Source of the DNA: Endomicrobiales bacterium
Lineage (GTDB): Bacteria; Elusimicrobiota; Endomicrobiia; Endomicrobiales; JALOBY01
Direction: 5' to 3'
Assembly: GCA_963796955.1 (NCBI GenBank)
Contig: CAWCNJ010000008.1
Span: forward strand, 64,001-128,000
DNA length: 64,000 nucleotides
Shown here piece after piece: positions 20,401 through 29,011 of the stretch. The notes below the pieces were generated by a model that worked only from the letters and a program-made list of their open reading frames with translations, had not been told where the DNA came from and ran no database searches. A program made the translations under genes and the position numbers. Positions within the stretch are counted from its first letter, which is position 1; every line of letters begins with the position of its first letter.

Positions 20401-22905
20401 GATTATCAAAGCTTATACGGCATCACCAGCAGCGACGATCTTTCAACCAGAAAAGAACAGGCTCTTTCCATGAAGTACGAGATCAATGCTTCCAGCGCCG
20501 GTGAGGCCTCGACCAGGATACTTTACGGGCAGCCGTACGACTATTCAAATTATCACAACTTCAAATTATTCGTGTACGCGAAAGATTCTTCCGATACTTT
20601 TTTCATCCAGATCGGTAATGATCAGAACTATTTCGAGTATTCGGAGCCCGTTAACTGGGTCGGCTGGAAATTAATAACCATTCAACAGAAAGATCTTACG
20701 GGCGACTCTAAACCTGACCGGTGGATCTCCAACGGAGGCGCTTCTTCCAGCACGGTGGTGGGCAGCCCGTCCTTTCAAAACATAAGCCAGATTAGACTGG
20801 GTGTGCGCACGGGCCCGGGTGTGCGCAAGGGTGAGATCTGGATCGATGAACTTTTTGTGACTGATACCTGGATCAAGGAAGGTTACGCCTGGCGGGCGAA
20901 CGCCGATTTCACCGTGCCTAACTGGGCTGCTTTCGGCATGAAGCGCAAGCTGATGAACCGTAATTTCGAAACGTTTTCCGCGGGAGTTTATAACCGCGAC
21001 AGTTACGAGGATTCCGGCTATTTGAATTTGAACAAGGTGCCGGGCCTGAACCTGCTGGGCATTAATGTCCCCGTCAATTCAACGTTAAGCAGAAGCATCG
21101 TAACGACTCCTTCCGTCGTGCAGAACCAGGGAAACCTTGTTTCCATACAGGACGAAGGCCGCGTTATAAATTATGCCGGGTCAGCTTCCAGCAATTTAAG
21201 CATAAGCCGCTATTTACCGAATGTCGGAGCAAACTACACACAGGCGATAAGCGATGCCCAGGATACCCACATCCTTCAAAATAACCAGACGGCGACAGCG
21301 AACGCGTCGTATTCATTGCCGATGAAGGTCTTTTTCCTTCCGACGGATGTGGCGGGTGATTATTCTATCAACAGATCCTACCTGTGGCAATGGAAGAAGA
21401 TCGGCGGCACCGACGGCTCGCACGATTCTGAGTTCCTGGGCATCAGCGCACTGGGGAATTATCTTTCTGAGTTCAAGACCAATAACTATCAGTTGTTGGA
21501 TACGAACGAAGGCTGGTCGGCGAAAGCGCCGTTCCAGTTCATAAATCTCGGGAATGTCTCAATGAATTTTTCACCTGCCTACAGCTATAAGCAATCCAGG
21601 GAGGACAATAAGCTCATCAATTCGGTGTTCGACAAAAATAAAAGCCAGTCCGTCAGCGCCAGCTCGTCCCTGCGGCTGGCCCGGTGGTTCGCGCCGAACG
21701 TTTCTTTTACCTCCGTGACCAATGAAACCTACGATATAACGTATGATACGACGATAACACCCGCTAAGCTGCCGTCACAAACAAAGGCCATTGACCGCAA
21801 CGCTGCCACGGAAGTATCCCTGAACCTGAACGCCTCCGATCTTTCCAGCAGCCCGTATTTAAAGTCTCTTGGGTTGACCTCTTCCTTCCGTATGCAGGAT
21901 TCCGATTCTTATGACGGTATACCGTCATCATTTACCGCCATCGGATTACGGACAAAAGACCTCTGGATACGTGATAATCGTCTCGATCTGACGAATTCAA
22001 CGACGAATTTTATCGTGAGATCGGTGATCAGGCATGACGAGATCCGCCTTTCAGGCCGGTATAATCCGTTCGAGGCCCTGAACCTGAAAAACAGGCTTGA
22101 GCCCTTGCGCAGCATAACCACCAACATTACGTACAACGGGATCACCGAACAATCGCTTATCACGGGCACCACCAGCGAATCCCGCACTATCGTGTGGCCG
22201 GATATGGTGGTAGGTATGAAGAGATTGGAACGCATGCTGCACTTGGATCCCTGGGTTACCGACTCGAACCTGAACCTTAATTATCGGAAGAAAACCTCCG
22301 AAAGGGTGATGGTAACCCGCACCGATAGCGTTAACTATGGAACGGACCTGCATTTTTTCCTGTTCAAGAAATATGACCTCGGCTTCAACATGAGCTCTGC
22401 CAATGATGAGGACACGGACCTTATACAATCCCTGATAACCCGCACCGCCAGCAACATGGCCTGGGGCGGTCAGGCAGGCGCTAATATCGGCAAATGGCGC
22501 ATGTCCCTGCGCTACGACAACAGCCAGAATTGGAGCGCCGACGGTACCGGCAAGCTTACCGCCGATATGGTCACGAACACCTATACGTCGAATGTGAATC
22601 TTGATACCACCTTCCCGCGCGGTATCCCGATACCGTTCACAAAACGGATGCTCGCGTTGACGAACAGAATAGTTTTCGGCGCGATATTGAAGTACAGCTC
22701 GACCTCTTCAAGTCTGAATGTGGATACCACGAATAAAGACACCTATTCAGCTAACTTTACGACCGATTACGAAGTGTCGGCTAATTTCCGCGCATCGTTC
22801 GGCCTCGGCTGGAGCATGGTCAAGAACAGGGTGGTTACGGACCCGGTCAACAACGACGACCTGCAGACCCTGGATGTTTCCGGCCGTCTGACGATACAGT
22901 TTTGA
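17443..22905 (+). CDS. SprA-like large outer-membrane protein (type IX secretion translocon homologue)
   Basis: Signal peptide; QQLQVRIKGQVGRKINVNVDFD...YKGDPEEVVQEAAFGDITMSLPSTEFVGYSKQLFGVK; PQSERITLNGRTITRDQDYFIDYDAG; GSLSEDV and DTEDLDGNG motifs recalled from SprA; beta-strand-rich C-half ending in Phe. Confidence 0.8.
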   Translation: MKRIVFIIGFAFAFLWILYQSAESQFYTGHRAFSVLGPGKDAIIEQAASTSTVVVTSTASVSSQVPSSTGRYAIDIPTTTLSDQAGDQFLKYLDDSNFFHYSTKRWINLRTAAETGRNPGEQVIVSSGTRRAPPQLPPGLSVELPYESQLSISGRKTIGVGYKTTMYRFPDPVKRINTNAMTMDQQLQVRIKGQVGRKINVNVDFDDTTADKRDISVVYKGDPEEVVQEAAFGDITMSLPSTEFVGYSKQLFGVKIDAKPTKNLHTWGFFSRTKGFSEAKRFIGNTQLNRTQISDTSYIPMKYYNLLFPNIGKVKTGSVRVLRDDRISTNNNITTSTGTLVETYPGNLGASTTYYVGDFDQLVPGQDFTVDYERGFIFFKMHLNPTDVIAVDYQKDDGTWLSAADGLLKIIKDENNNPSISTEMKTFYSLGNIKIIRDDGRGNFLLKIQDLNNNTLTGNMIDNGDGTFKTVPVYPETNPNVPGIVVDFDSGIFYLDPPNGRPFHDALYTQALHKYSFLTEYHYRNKFITLRPGIVPQSERITLNGRTITRDQDYFIDYDAGLVTFINDGDIREDTVIDINYDYAPFGSAGGSTLVGLRTELAATKNISLGSSYIYDFAAQSVAVPDIRTTPSSLQVWEGDAKVASTKVPGLPLTAAFGGEYASSKSNPNIMGKAIVESMEGVKLEDDVSLYDQNWHPASNPSGLRYFLGLDPANSSRTKDIFWQSVNVPKKELYPNNDRLTGNDQQQCLSVEYDLTRSTEVSIIQPISSVGIDYSKKSFLEVWINGDGKGEQLLISYGSLSEDVDGTGGDHGMPKTEDKNLDGTLNAGEDVGWKFINPDGTSYQVGNNNAKLDTEDLDGNGVLSTADQVAGEFGMAQNDYFRTATDESGVPYTAVTWTGWKYFKIPLNITPDQMLDWRSVKQVRLTLRASGAGQVGAIRLAKLGLTGNKFDNPVSSVLDSTITVTAINTIDDAAVYPLGQSLLVNSDYQSLYGITSSDDLSTRKEQALSMKYEINASSAGEASTRILYGQPYDYSNYHNFKLFVYAKDSSDTFFIQIGNDQNYFEYSEPVNWVGWKLITIQQKDLTGDSKPDRWISNGGASSSTVVGSPSFQNISQIRLGVRTGPGVRKGEIWIDELFVTDTWIKEGYAWRANADFTVPNWAAFGMKRKLMNRNFETFSAGVYNRDSYEDSGYLNLNKVPGLNLLGINVPVNSTLSRSIVTTPSVVQNQGNLVSIQDEGRVINYAGSASSNLSISRYLPNVGANYTQAISDAQDTHILQNNQTATANASYSLPMKVFFLPTDVAGDYSINRSYLWQWKKIGGTDGSHDSEFLGISALGNYLSEFKTNNYQLLDTNEGWSAKAPFQFINLGNVSMNFSPAYSYKQSREDNKLINSVFDKNKSQSVSASSSLRLARWFAPNVSFTSVTNETYDITYDTTITPAKLPSQTKAIDRNAATEVSLNLNASDLSSSPYLKSLGLTSSFRMQDSDSYDGIPSSFTAIGLRTKDLWIRDNRLDLTNSTTNFIVRSVIRHDEIRLSGRYNPFEALNLKNRLEPLRSITTNITYNGITEQSLITGTTSESRTIVWPDMVVGMKRLERMLHLDPWVTDSNLNLNYRKKTSERVMVTRTDSVNYGTDLHFFLFKKYDLGFNMSSANDEDTDLIQSLITRTASNMAWGGQAGANIGKWRMSLRYDNSQNWSADGTGKLTADMVTNTYTSNVNLDTTFPRGIPIPFTKRMLALTNRIVFGAILKYSSTSSSLNVDTTNKDTYSANFTTDYEVSANFRASFGLGWSMVKNRVVTDPVNNDDLQTLDVSGRLTIQF

Positions 22906-23603
22906 TCATGTTAAAACATATCGCTGCCTTATTATTCCCAATCAAATGCGCTGTCTGCGGCAAGCTTATGCCTGCTGACGATACGTACCGGCTCTGCTCT
23001 TCCTGTTTTGACCGCATACGCCCGCTGGGGGAATTTCAGTGTAAGGGCTGCGGGCGCGCGCTTCCGGACGTGCAAAAGTTTTGTTTTGACTGCCTGAAGA
23101 CCCGGCCGGCGCTTATTATCCGGTCATACACACAGTTCAGCGAACCGGTCCGACCGCTGATCCATAAATTCAAATACGGCCGGCAGCCGTACCTGTCGCG
23201 CATTTTGGCCAGATTCATGTTCATCGCGTTCCAGGCGAATGATTGCTTTGCCGGTGTCGATACCATCGTACCGGTCCCCAGCCATTGGAGTCGGCGATTC
23301 GGGCGCGGCTACGACCATGTACAGTTGCTGGCCCGTGAATTTTCGGTCGTTTCCGGTCTTCCTACCCATGATCTGCTGCTCAAGAAACGCCGCACACCGC
23401 CGCAAGCCAAACTCACCCGTGAAAAGCGCCTGAAAAACCTTACGGATGCGTTCTCCGTCCGTGATGGCGGACTGGTTTCGGGAAAGTCTATCGTACTGAT
23501 AGACGATGTCTGCACTACCGGCGCAACGCTCTCAGCGTGCGCAAGAACCCTCCTTTCAGCCGGCGCCGATTCTGTCGTAGGTCTTTCTGCCGCCAGAGAT
23601 TAG
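22902..23603 (+). CDS. comF: ComF family protein (zinc ribbon + phosphoribosyltransferase-like domain)
   Basis: CxxC pairs, VPVPSH..R...RGY, LIDDVCTTGATL; start may be ATG 22908. Confidence 0.9.
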   Translation: MIMLKHIAALLFPIKCAVCGKLMPADDTYRLCSSCFDRIRPLGEFQCKGCGRALPDVQKFCFDCLKTRPALIIRSYTQFSEPVRPLIHKFKYGRQPYLSRILARFMFIAFQANDCFAGVDTIVPVPSHWSRRFGRGYDHVQLLAREFSVVSGLPTHDLLLKKRRTPPQAKLTREKRLKNLTDAFSVRDGGLVSGKSIVLIDDVCTTGATLSACARTLLSAGADSVVGLSAARD

Positions 23604-23618
23604 CCGGCTACATTAAAT

Positions 23619-23647
23619 TTGAAATTCTTGAATAAATGTAGTACTAT
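23619..23647 (+). promoter_or_regulatory. Putative sigma70 promoter of gap (TTGAAA-N17-TACTAT)
   Basis: Near-consensus hexamers with 17-nt spacer upstream of GGGAGG SD and ATG 23705. Confidence 0.55.
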
Positions 23648-23686
23648 ACATATTCAATATCCGCAACGATGCGGTATAATTATTAA

Positions 23687-24756
<1,070 letters not shown>

Positions 24757-24766
24757 TCGTTTATAC

Positions 24767-24813
24767 ACGTGGCGGCTGAAACAACAATTGTTTCAGCCGC
24801 CGCGTTTTCTTTT
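24767..24813 (+). terminator. Intrinsic terminator after gap
   Basis: ACGTGGCGGCTGAAACAA-CAA-TTGTTTCAGCCGCCGCGT followed by a T-rich run. Confidence 0.8.
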
Positions 24814-25752
24814 ATGAGTACTCAAAAGAAAATACTGGTAGTTGATGATGATGACGACATAGCAGACCTGATCAGGCTCACTCTTGAGACTGAGGGTTAT
24901 GAAGTTATTCGCGCGTACGACGGGTTGGATGCGCTTGAAAAGGCCAAACTGCATAAGCCGGCCCTGATCGTTTCAGATGTCGATATGCCCCGCATGGACG
25001 GTCTGGAACTGTTACAGGAGTTAAGAAAAGATCAGTTGTTCCGCCTGCTTCCCGTAATAATTCTCTCCGGCTCAAGAACAGGTCCTCAGGACCGGATATC
25101 GGGCCTGGAAACAGGGGCCGACGATTACATACTCAAACCTTTCCTTCCGCCCGAACTATCTATCCGCGTTAAACGCCTTATCGACCGTACCGAAGAACAG
25201 CTTTCTGTCAGTCCGCTCACCCGGCTGCCGGGGAGCCTTACATTGGAAGCAGAGGTAACGCGCCGGATCAGTGACAGCGATCTTGCCGTGTGTTATTTCG
25301 ACCTCGATCATTTTAAGGCCTATAACGATTGTTACGGTTATAAAAAAGGCGACGAAATAATCAAGGCTGTCGCCAATATCATCGCGCAAGCAAGTGCTGT
25401 GGTCGGGGGACAAAACGATCTGCTCACTCATATCGGCGGAGACGACTTCATATTGATCACGACAAAAAATGCGGCGCAGAATATTTGCGTGACGGTCATA
25501 GAAGAATTCGCCCGGATGGTGCCCGGTATGTACTCCGCCGAAGACGTCAAGAACGGATACATCTCTTCAACAAACAGGAAAAATGAAAAACAAAATTTTC
25601 CGTTAATGACGATCTCGATCGGGATCGTTACGACCGAAAATAGAAAATTCGATCATTATGCACAGCTGGTGGATGTGCTGGCCGAGATCAAGAGATTTGC
25701 AAAAACCATTAAAGGCAATGTCTGGATAAAAGACCGCAGAAAAGATAATTAA
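24814..25752 (+). CDS. Response regulator receiver + GGDEF domain protein (GGDDF variant)
   Basis: ILVVDDD, DVDMPRMDG, GADDYILKPF; SPLTRLPG, DLDHFKAYND, HIGGDDF. Confidence 0.9.
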   Translation: MSTQKKILVVDDDDDIADLIRLTLETEGYEVIRAYDGLDALEKAKLHKPALIVSDVDMPRMDGLELLQELRKDQLFRLLPVIILSGSRTGPQDRISGLETGADDYILKPFLPPELSIRVKRLIDRTEEQLSVSPLTRLPGSLTLEAEVTRRISDSDLAVCYFDLDHFKAYNDCYGYKKGDEIIKAVANIIAQASAVVGGQNDLLTHIGGDDFILITTKNAAQNICVTVIEEFARMVPGMYSAEDVKNGYISSTNRKNEKQNFPLMTISIGIVTTENRKFDHYAQLVDVLAEIKRFAKTIKGNVWIKDRRKDN

Positions 25753-25758
25753 TGAAAA

Positions 25759-25786
25759 GTAGGGGCGAACGGACGTTCGCCCGTAC
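25759..25786 (+). repeat. GTAG-type REP palindrome, copy 1
   Basis: GTAGGGGCGAACGGACGTTCGCCCGTAC; 26/28 identical to the reverse complement of 57975-58002. Confidence 0.8.
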
Positions 25787-25807
25787 AAATATTCCAAGAG
25801 GTGCTCA

Positions 25808-27013
25808 ATGAAAAAAGTAATTACCGATGTGGACGTTGCCGGAAAAAAAGTTCTTGTACGCGTGGACTACAATGCGCCGCTTGATGAAAATCTGAATATA
25901 ACGAACGATAAAAGAATAGTTGCGACCCTTCCTACTATTAAATATCTTCTGGAAAAGAAATGCGCGATAATCCTGATGTCTCATTTGGGCAGGCCAAAGG
26001 GTAAAGTCGTTGCATCAATGAGCCTGAAGCCTGTTGCCAAACGCCTTGGCGAACTTCTTGGACTGACGGTAAAAATGGCCCCGGACTGCATCGGCGGCGA
26101 AGTAAAGAAGATGGCAGCCGATCTGAAGCCCGGTGAAATACTGCTGCTTGAAAACCTTCGTTTCCATCCTGAAGAAGAAAAGAATGATGATACATTCGCC
26201 GCTGAACTCGGTTCTCTCGGCGAGGTGTTCATCCAGGATGCCTTCGGTACCGTTCATCGCGCTCACGCTTCCACCTCAGGTATTGCAAAATACGTGAAAG
26301 TTACAGCCGCGGGGTTCCTTGTTGAAAAAGAACTTAAATTCCTTGGCGAGGCTCTTGCCAATCCTAAACGTCCGTTCCTGGCGATACTGGGCGGCGCAAA
26401 GGTTTCCGACAAGATCGCCGTGATAGAAAACCTTCTTTCTAAAGTTGATTCACTTATTATCGGCGGCGCCATGGCCTATACGTTCCTTAAGGCCAAGGGC
26501 ATCGAAGTAGGTAAATCGCTGGTAGAAGAAGATAAGCTCGATGTGGCTAAGAACCTTATGAAGATCGCCGATGAAAAGAAAGTGCCTATTTTCCTGCCTA
26601 TCGATCATGTGGTGACCGACAAAGTTGATTTCGCCAACAAAAAAGCAGGCGACGGCGCCAAGATCTACGACACGAACGGCGCGGAGATCGAACCCGGATT
26701 CATGGGTGTTGATATCGGCCCTATGACCCTTCAGCGTATCGCCCCGGTAGTAACAAATGCCAAGACGATCGTTTGGAACGGACCTCTTGGAATATTTGAA
26801 ATAGACGCCTTCTCCAAGGGCACGGTAGAGATCGCCAAACTCGTCGCCCAGGCGACCGACAATGGCGCCATCTCAGTTGTTGGCGGCGGCGATTCAGTAT
26901 CGGCGGTAAAAAAAGCCGGCGTTGACAAGAGAATATCGCACATTTCCACCGGCGGCGGTGCTTCTCTTGAATTCCTTGAAGGTAAAGAGTTGCCCGGTAT
27001 CGCTGTTCTCTAA
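25808..27013 (+). CDS. pgk: Phosphoglycerate kinase
   Basis: VRVDYN, SHLGRP, LLENLRF, GGAKVSDKI, STGGGASLEFLEG. Confidence 0.99.
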   Translation: MKKVITDVDVAGKKVLVRVDYNAPLDENLNITNDKRIVATLPTIKYLLEKKCAIILMSHLGRPKGKVVASMSLKPVAKRLGELLGLTVKMAPDCIGGEVKKMAADLKPGEILLLENLRFHPEEEKNDDTFAAELGSLGEVFIQDAFGTVHRAHASTSGIAKYVKVTAAGFLVEKELKFLGEALANPKRPFLAILGGAKVSDKIAVIENLLSKVDSLIIGGAMAYTFLKAKGIEVGKSLVEEDKLDVAKNLMKIADEKKVPIFLPIDHVVTDKVDFANKKAGDGAKIYDTNGAEIEPGFMGVDIGPMTLQRIAPVVTNAKTIVWNGPLGIFEIDAFSKGTVEIAKLVAQATDNGAISVVGGGDSVSAVKKAGVDKRISHISTGGGASLEFLEGKELPGIAVL

Positions 27014-27038
27014 TAAAATATTCATAAAGGAAAATACT

Positions 27039-28247
27039 ATGGTTGACCAGGAATTTGTCAGCAAACTAGTTACAAAAAACGATTCAAAGATCGTTATGCT
27101 TGTTTTCGACGGCCTTGGCGGCCTGCCGCATCCCGTGACCGGTAAGACCGAACTTGAAACTGCCGTTCATCCCAACCTGGACAAGCTTGCCTCCAGCGGT
27201 GTTTGCGGCCTTTCGTATCCCATCGCTCCCGGCATAACACCGGGTTCGGGTCCCGCGCACGAATCGCTGTTCGGCTATGATCCTCTTAAATATGTCATAG
27301 GACGCGGCTTGCTTGACACGCTCGGTATTGATTTTGAATTCGCTAATGGAGACCTGGCCGCAAGAGGGAACTTCTGTACCCTTGATACCAAGGGCATTAT
27401 CACGGACCGACGCGCAGGCCGCATCGCCTCAGATAAGGCCAACCAACTGTGCTCTGAGATTCTCAACGGCATAGAGATAGAGGGTATAAAAACCTTCGTG
27501 CTTCCCGTAAAAGAACACCGTTTCTCCGTAATATTCCGCGGAGCGGGCCTGGGCGATAAGTTGAATGATTCCGACCCTCAGCACGAAGGCTTGAACGCTC
27601 ACGAAGTAAAGGCGCAGGCTGCGGACTCAGCCTTCGCCGCGAAAATAGTAAATGCTTTTATCCTTGAAGCCAATAAGCGTCTGAGCAAAGAGGTGCCTGC
27701 TAACGGCATACTGCTGCGCGGATTCTCAAAGATGATAGATATGCCTTCCTTCGACGAAATATATCAGCTTAACGCCGCCGCCATCGCGCTGTATCCGATG
27801 TATCGCGGACTTGCCTGCCTGGTGGGAATGAAAGTGTTGAAGACCGGCACAACACTTCAAAGCGAATTCGTTACGCTTAAAGAACAGTTCTCCAATTTCG
27901 ATTTCTTTTATATTCATATCAAATACACGGATTCCGCCGGTGAAGACGGCGACTTCGACCGCAAGGTAAAAGTTATCGAAGAAGTCGACGGCTACCTTTC
28001 AGTGCTGAACGAATTGAAGCCTGATGTCGTGATAGTTACCGGCGATCATTCCACGCCCGCTGTCATGAAGGGCCATTCATGGCATCCGGTTCCATTGCTG
28101 ATAAACTCGGCTCTCTGCCGCGCCGATAAGGCAACCCAGTTCAACGAGACCCAGTGCCTTTCCGGCGGTCTTGGACATATTTCGGCGCAAAGCATTATGC
28201 CGATCGCGCTGGCGAACGCGGGAAGACTAATTAAGTACGGCGCGTAA
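27039..28247 (+). CDS. apgM: 2,3-bisphosphoglycerate-independent phosphoglycerate mutase (ApgM type)
   Basis: DGLGG, PGSGPAH, DRRAGRI, TGDHSTP...HSWHPVP; ATG at 27039. Confidence 0.88.
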   Translation: MVDQEFVSKLVTKNDSKIVMLVFDGLGGLPHPVTGKTELETAVHPNLDKLASSGVCGLSYPIAPGITPGSGPAHESLFGYDPLKYVIGRGLLDTLGIDFEFANGDLAARGNFCTLDTKGIITDRRAGRIASDKANQLCSEILNGIEIEGIKTFVLPVKEHRFSVIFRGAGLGDKLNDSDPQHEGLNAHEVKAQAADSAFAAKIVNAFILEANKRLSKEVPANGILLRGFSKMIDMPSFDEIYQLNAAAIALYPMYRGLACLVGMKVLKTGTTLQSEFVTLKEQFSNFDFFYIHIKYTDSAGEDGDFDRKVKVIEEVDGYLSVLNELKPDVVIVTGDHSTPAVMKGHSWHPVPLLINSALCRADKATQFNETQCLSGGLGHISAQSIMPIALANAGRLIKYGA

Positions 28248-28254
28248 AATTTTC

Positions 28255-28283
28255 TTGACAATAAAAGGATTCTTAAGTATAAT
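28255..28283 (+). promoter_or_regulatory. Perfect sigma70 promoter (TTGACA-N17-TATAAT) for secG and tRNAs
   Basis: TTGACA 28255-28260, TATAAT 28278-28283, 9 nt before the secG ATG. Confidence 0.85.
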
Positions 28284-28292
28284 CTTTCAACA

Positions 28293-28592
28293 ATGTATTA
28301 TTTCTTTGTAGTACTTCATGTCATCGCATGTGTAGGACTTATACTGGTAGTGCTTATGCAGTCCGGAAAAGGCGGCGGTTTGTCGGGCCTGACGGGCGGC
28401 GGCAGCAGCGGCGGGGAACAACTCTTCGGCGCGGCGGCCGGTGTAAGTTTCGTAAAAAAAGTAACCGTAGGTTTTGTGCTGGTCTTTCTATTTACTTCAC
28501 TTGTCCTTACCCTGGTTGCCTCAAGGCGCGGATTAAGATCGGTAACCAGCCAATACCCGATGGCCCCGATGTCCGGGCCAGGACAGCAATAA
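28293..28592 (+). CDS. secG: Preprotein translocase subunit SecG
   Basis: Two TM segments flanking LMQSGKGGGLSG...; followed by tRNA-Leu as is typical. Confidence 0.93.
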   Translation: MYYFFVVLHVIACVGLILVVLMQSGKGGGLSGLTGGGSSGGEQLFGAAAGVSFVKKVTVGFVLVFLFTSLVLTLVASRRGLRSVTSQYPMAPMSGPGQQ

Positions 28593-28604
28593 ATAAAGTA
28601 TAAT

Positions 28605-28686
28605 GCTGGGGTGGCGGAACTGGCAGACGCGCACGTTTGAGGGGCGTGTACCGAAAGGTATGCGGGTTCAATTCCCGCCCCCAGCA
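28605..28686 (+). tRNA. tRNA-Leu(GAG), CCA not encoded
   Basis: GCTGGGG/CCCCAGC acceptor stem, anticodon loop TTGAGGG, long variable arm, GGTTCAATTCC T arm. Confidence 0.95.
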
Positions 28687-28695
28687 TAATAGTTA

Positions 28696-28798
28696 GCGGG
28701 AATTGAAGCCAACCCGAGCGCCGCCGCGTAGGCGGATGAAGCGAGCGGTGGCCGGCTTCGAAGGAGCCCGACAGGGCGGGTGAGAAGAATTCCCGCCC
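28696..28798. repeat. GC-rich element bounded by inverted copies of the tRNA-Leu T-arm sequence
   Basis: GCGGGAATTGAA (28696-28707) is the reverse complement of tRNA 28667-28678; AATTCCCGCCC (28788-28798) is a direct repeat of tRNA 28670-28680. Confidence 0.65.
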
Positions 28799-28847
28799 TT
28801 AAATAGATTCTTTCGAAAATGTGTTGAAGTTTTGACTGTATAGAAAC

Positions 28848-28922
28848 GCGGGAGTAGTTCAGTGGTAGAACGTCTCGTTGCCAACGAGAAGGTCGAGGGT
28901 TCAAGCCCCTTCTCCCGCTCCA
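28848..28922 (+). tRNA. tRNA-Gly(GCC)
   Basis: GCGGGAG/CTCCCGC acceptor, TCTCG-TTGCCAA-CGAGA anticodon arm, encoded CCA. Confidence 0.96.
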
Positions 28923-28937
28923 AATATGACTGCAACA

Positions 28938-28973
28938 AGAGGAGATTAGGTCTCTAAGATCTAATCTCTTTTT
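28938..28973 (+). terminator. Intrinsic terminator after tRNA-Gly
   Basis: GAGATTAGGTC-TCTAA-GATCTAATCTC followed by TTTTT. Confidence 0.7.
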
Positions 28974-29011
28974 AAGTTCAACTCAAGCTAACCTCTAACG
29001 GAGGCATCATT

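Noticed and set aside
28316..28938. Minus-strand ORFs across secG and the tRNAs
   Set aside because: Translations of tRNA antisense sequence (e.g. GAGIEPA, GLEPSTFSLATRRST).
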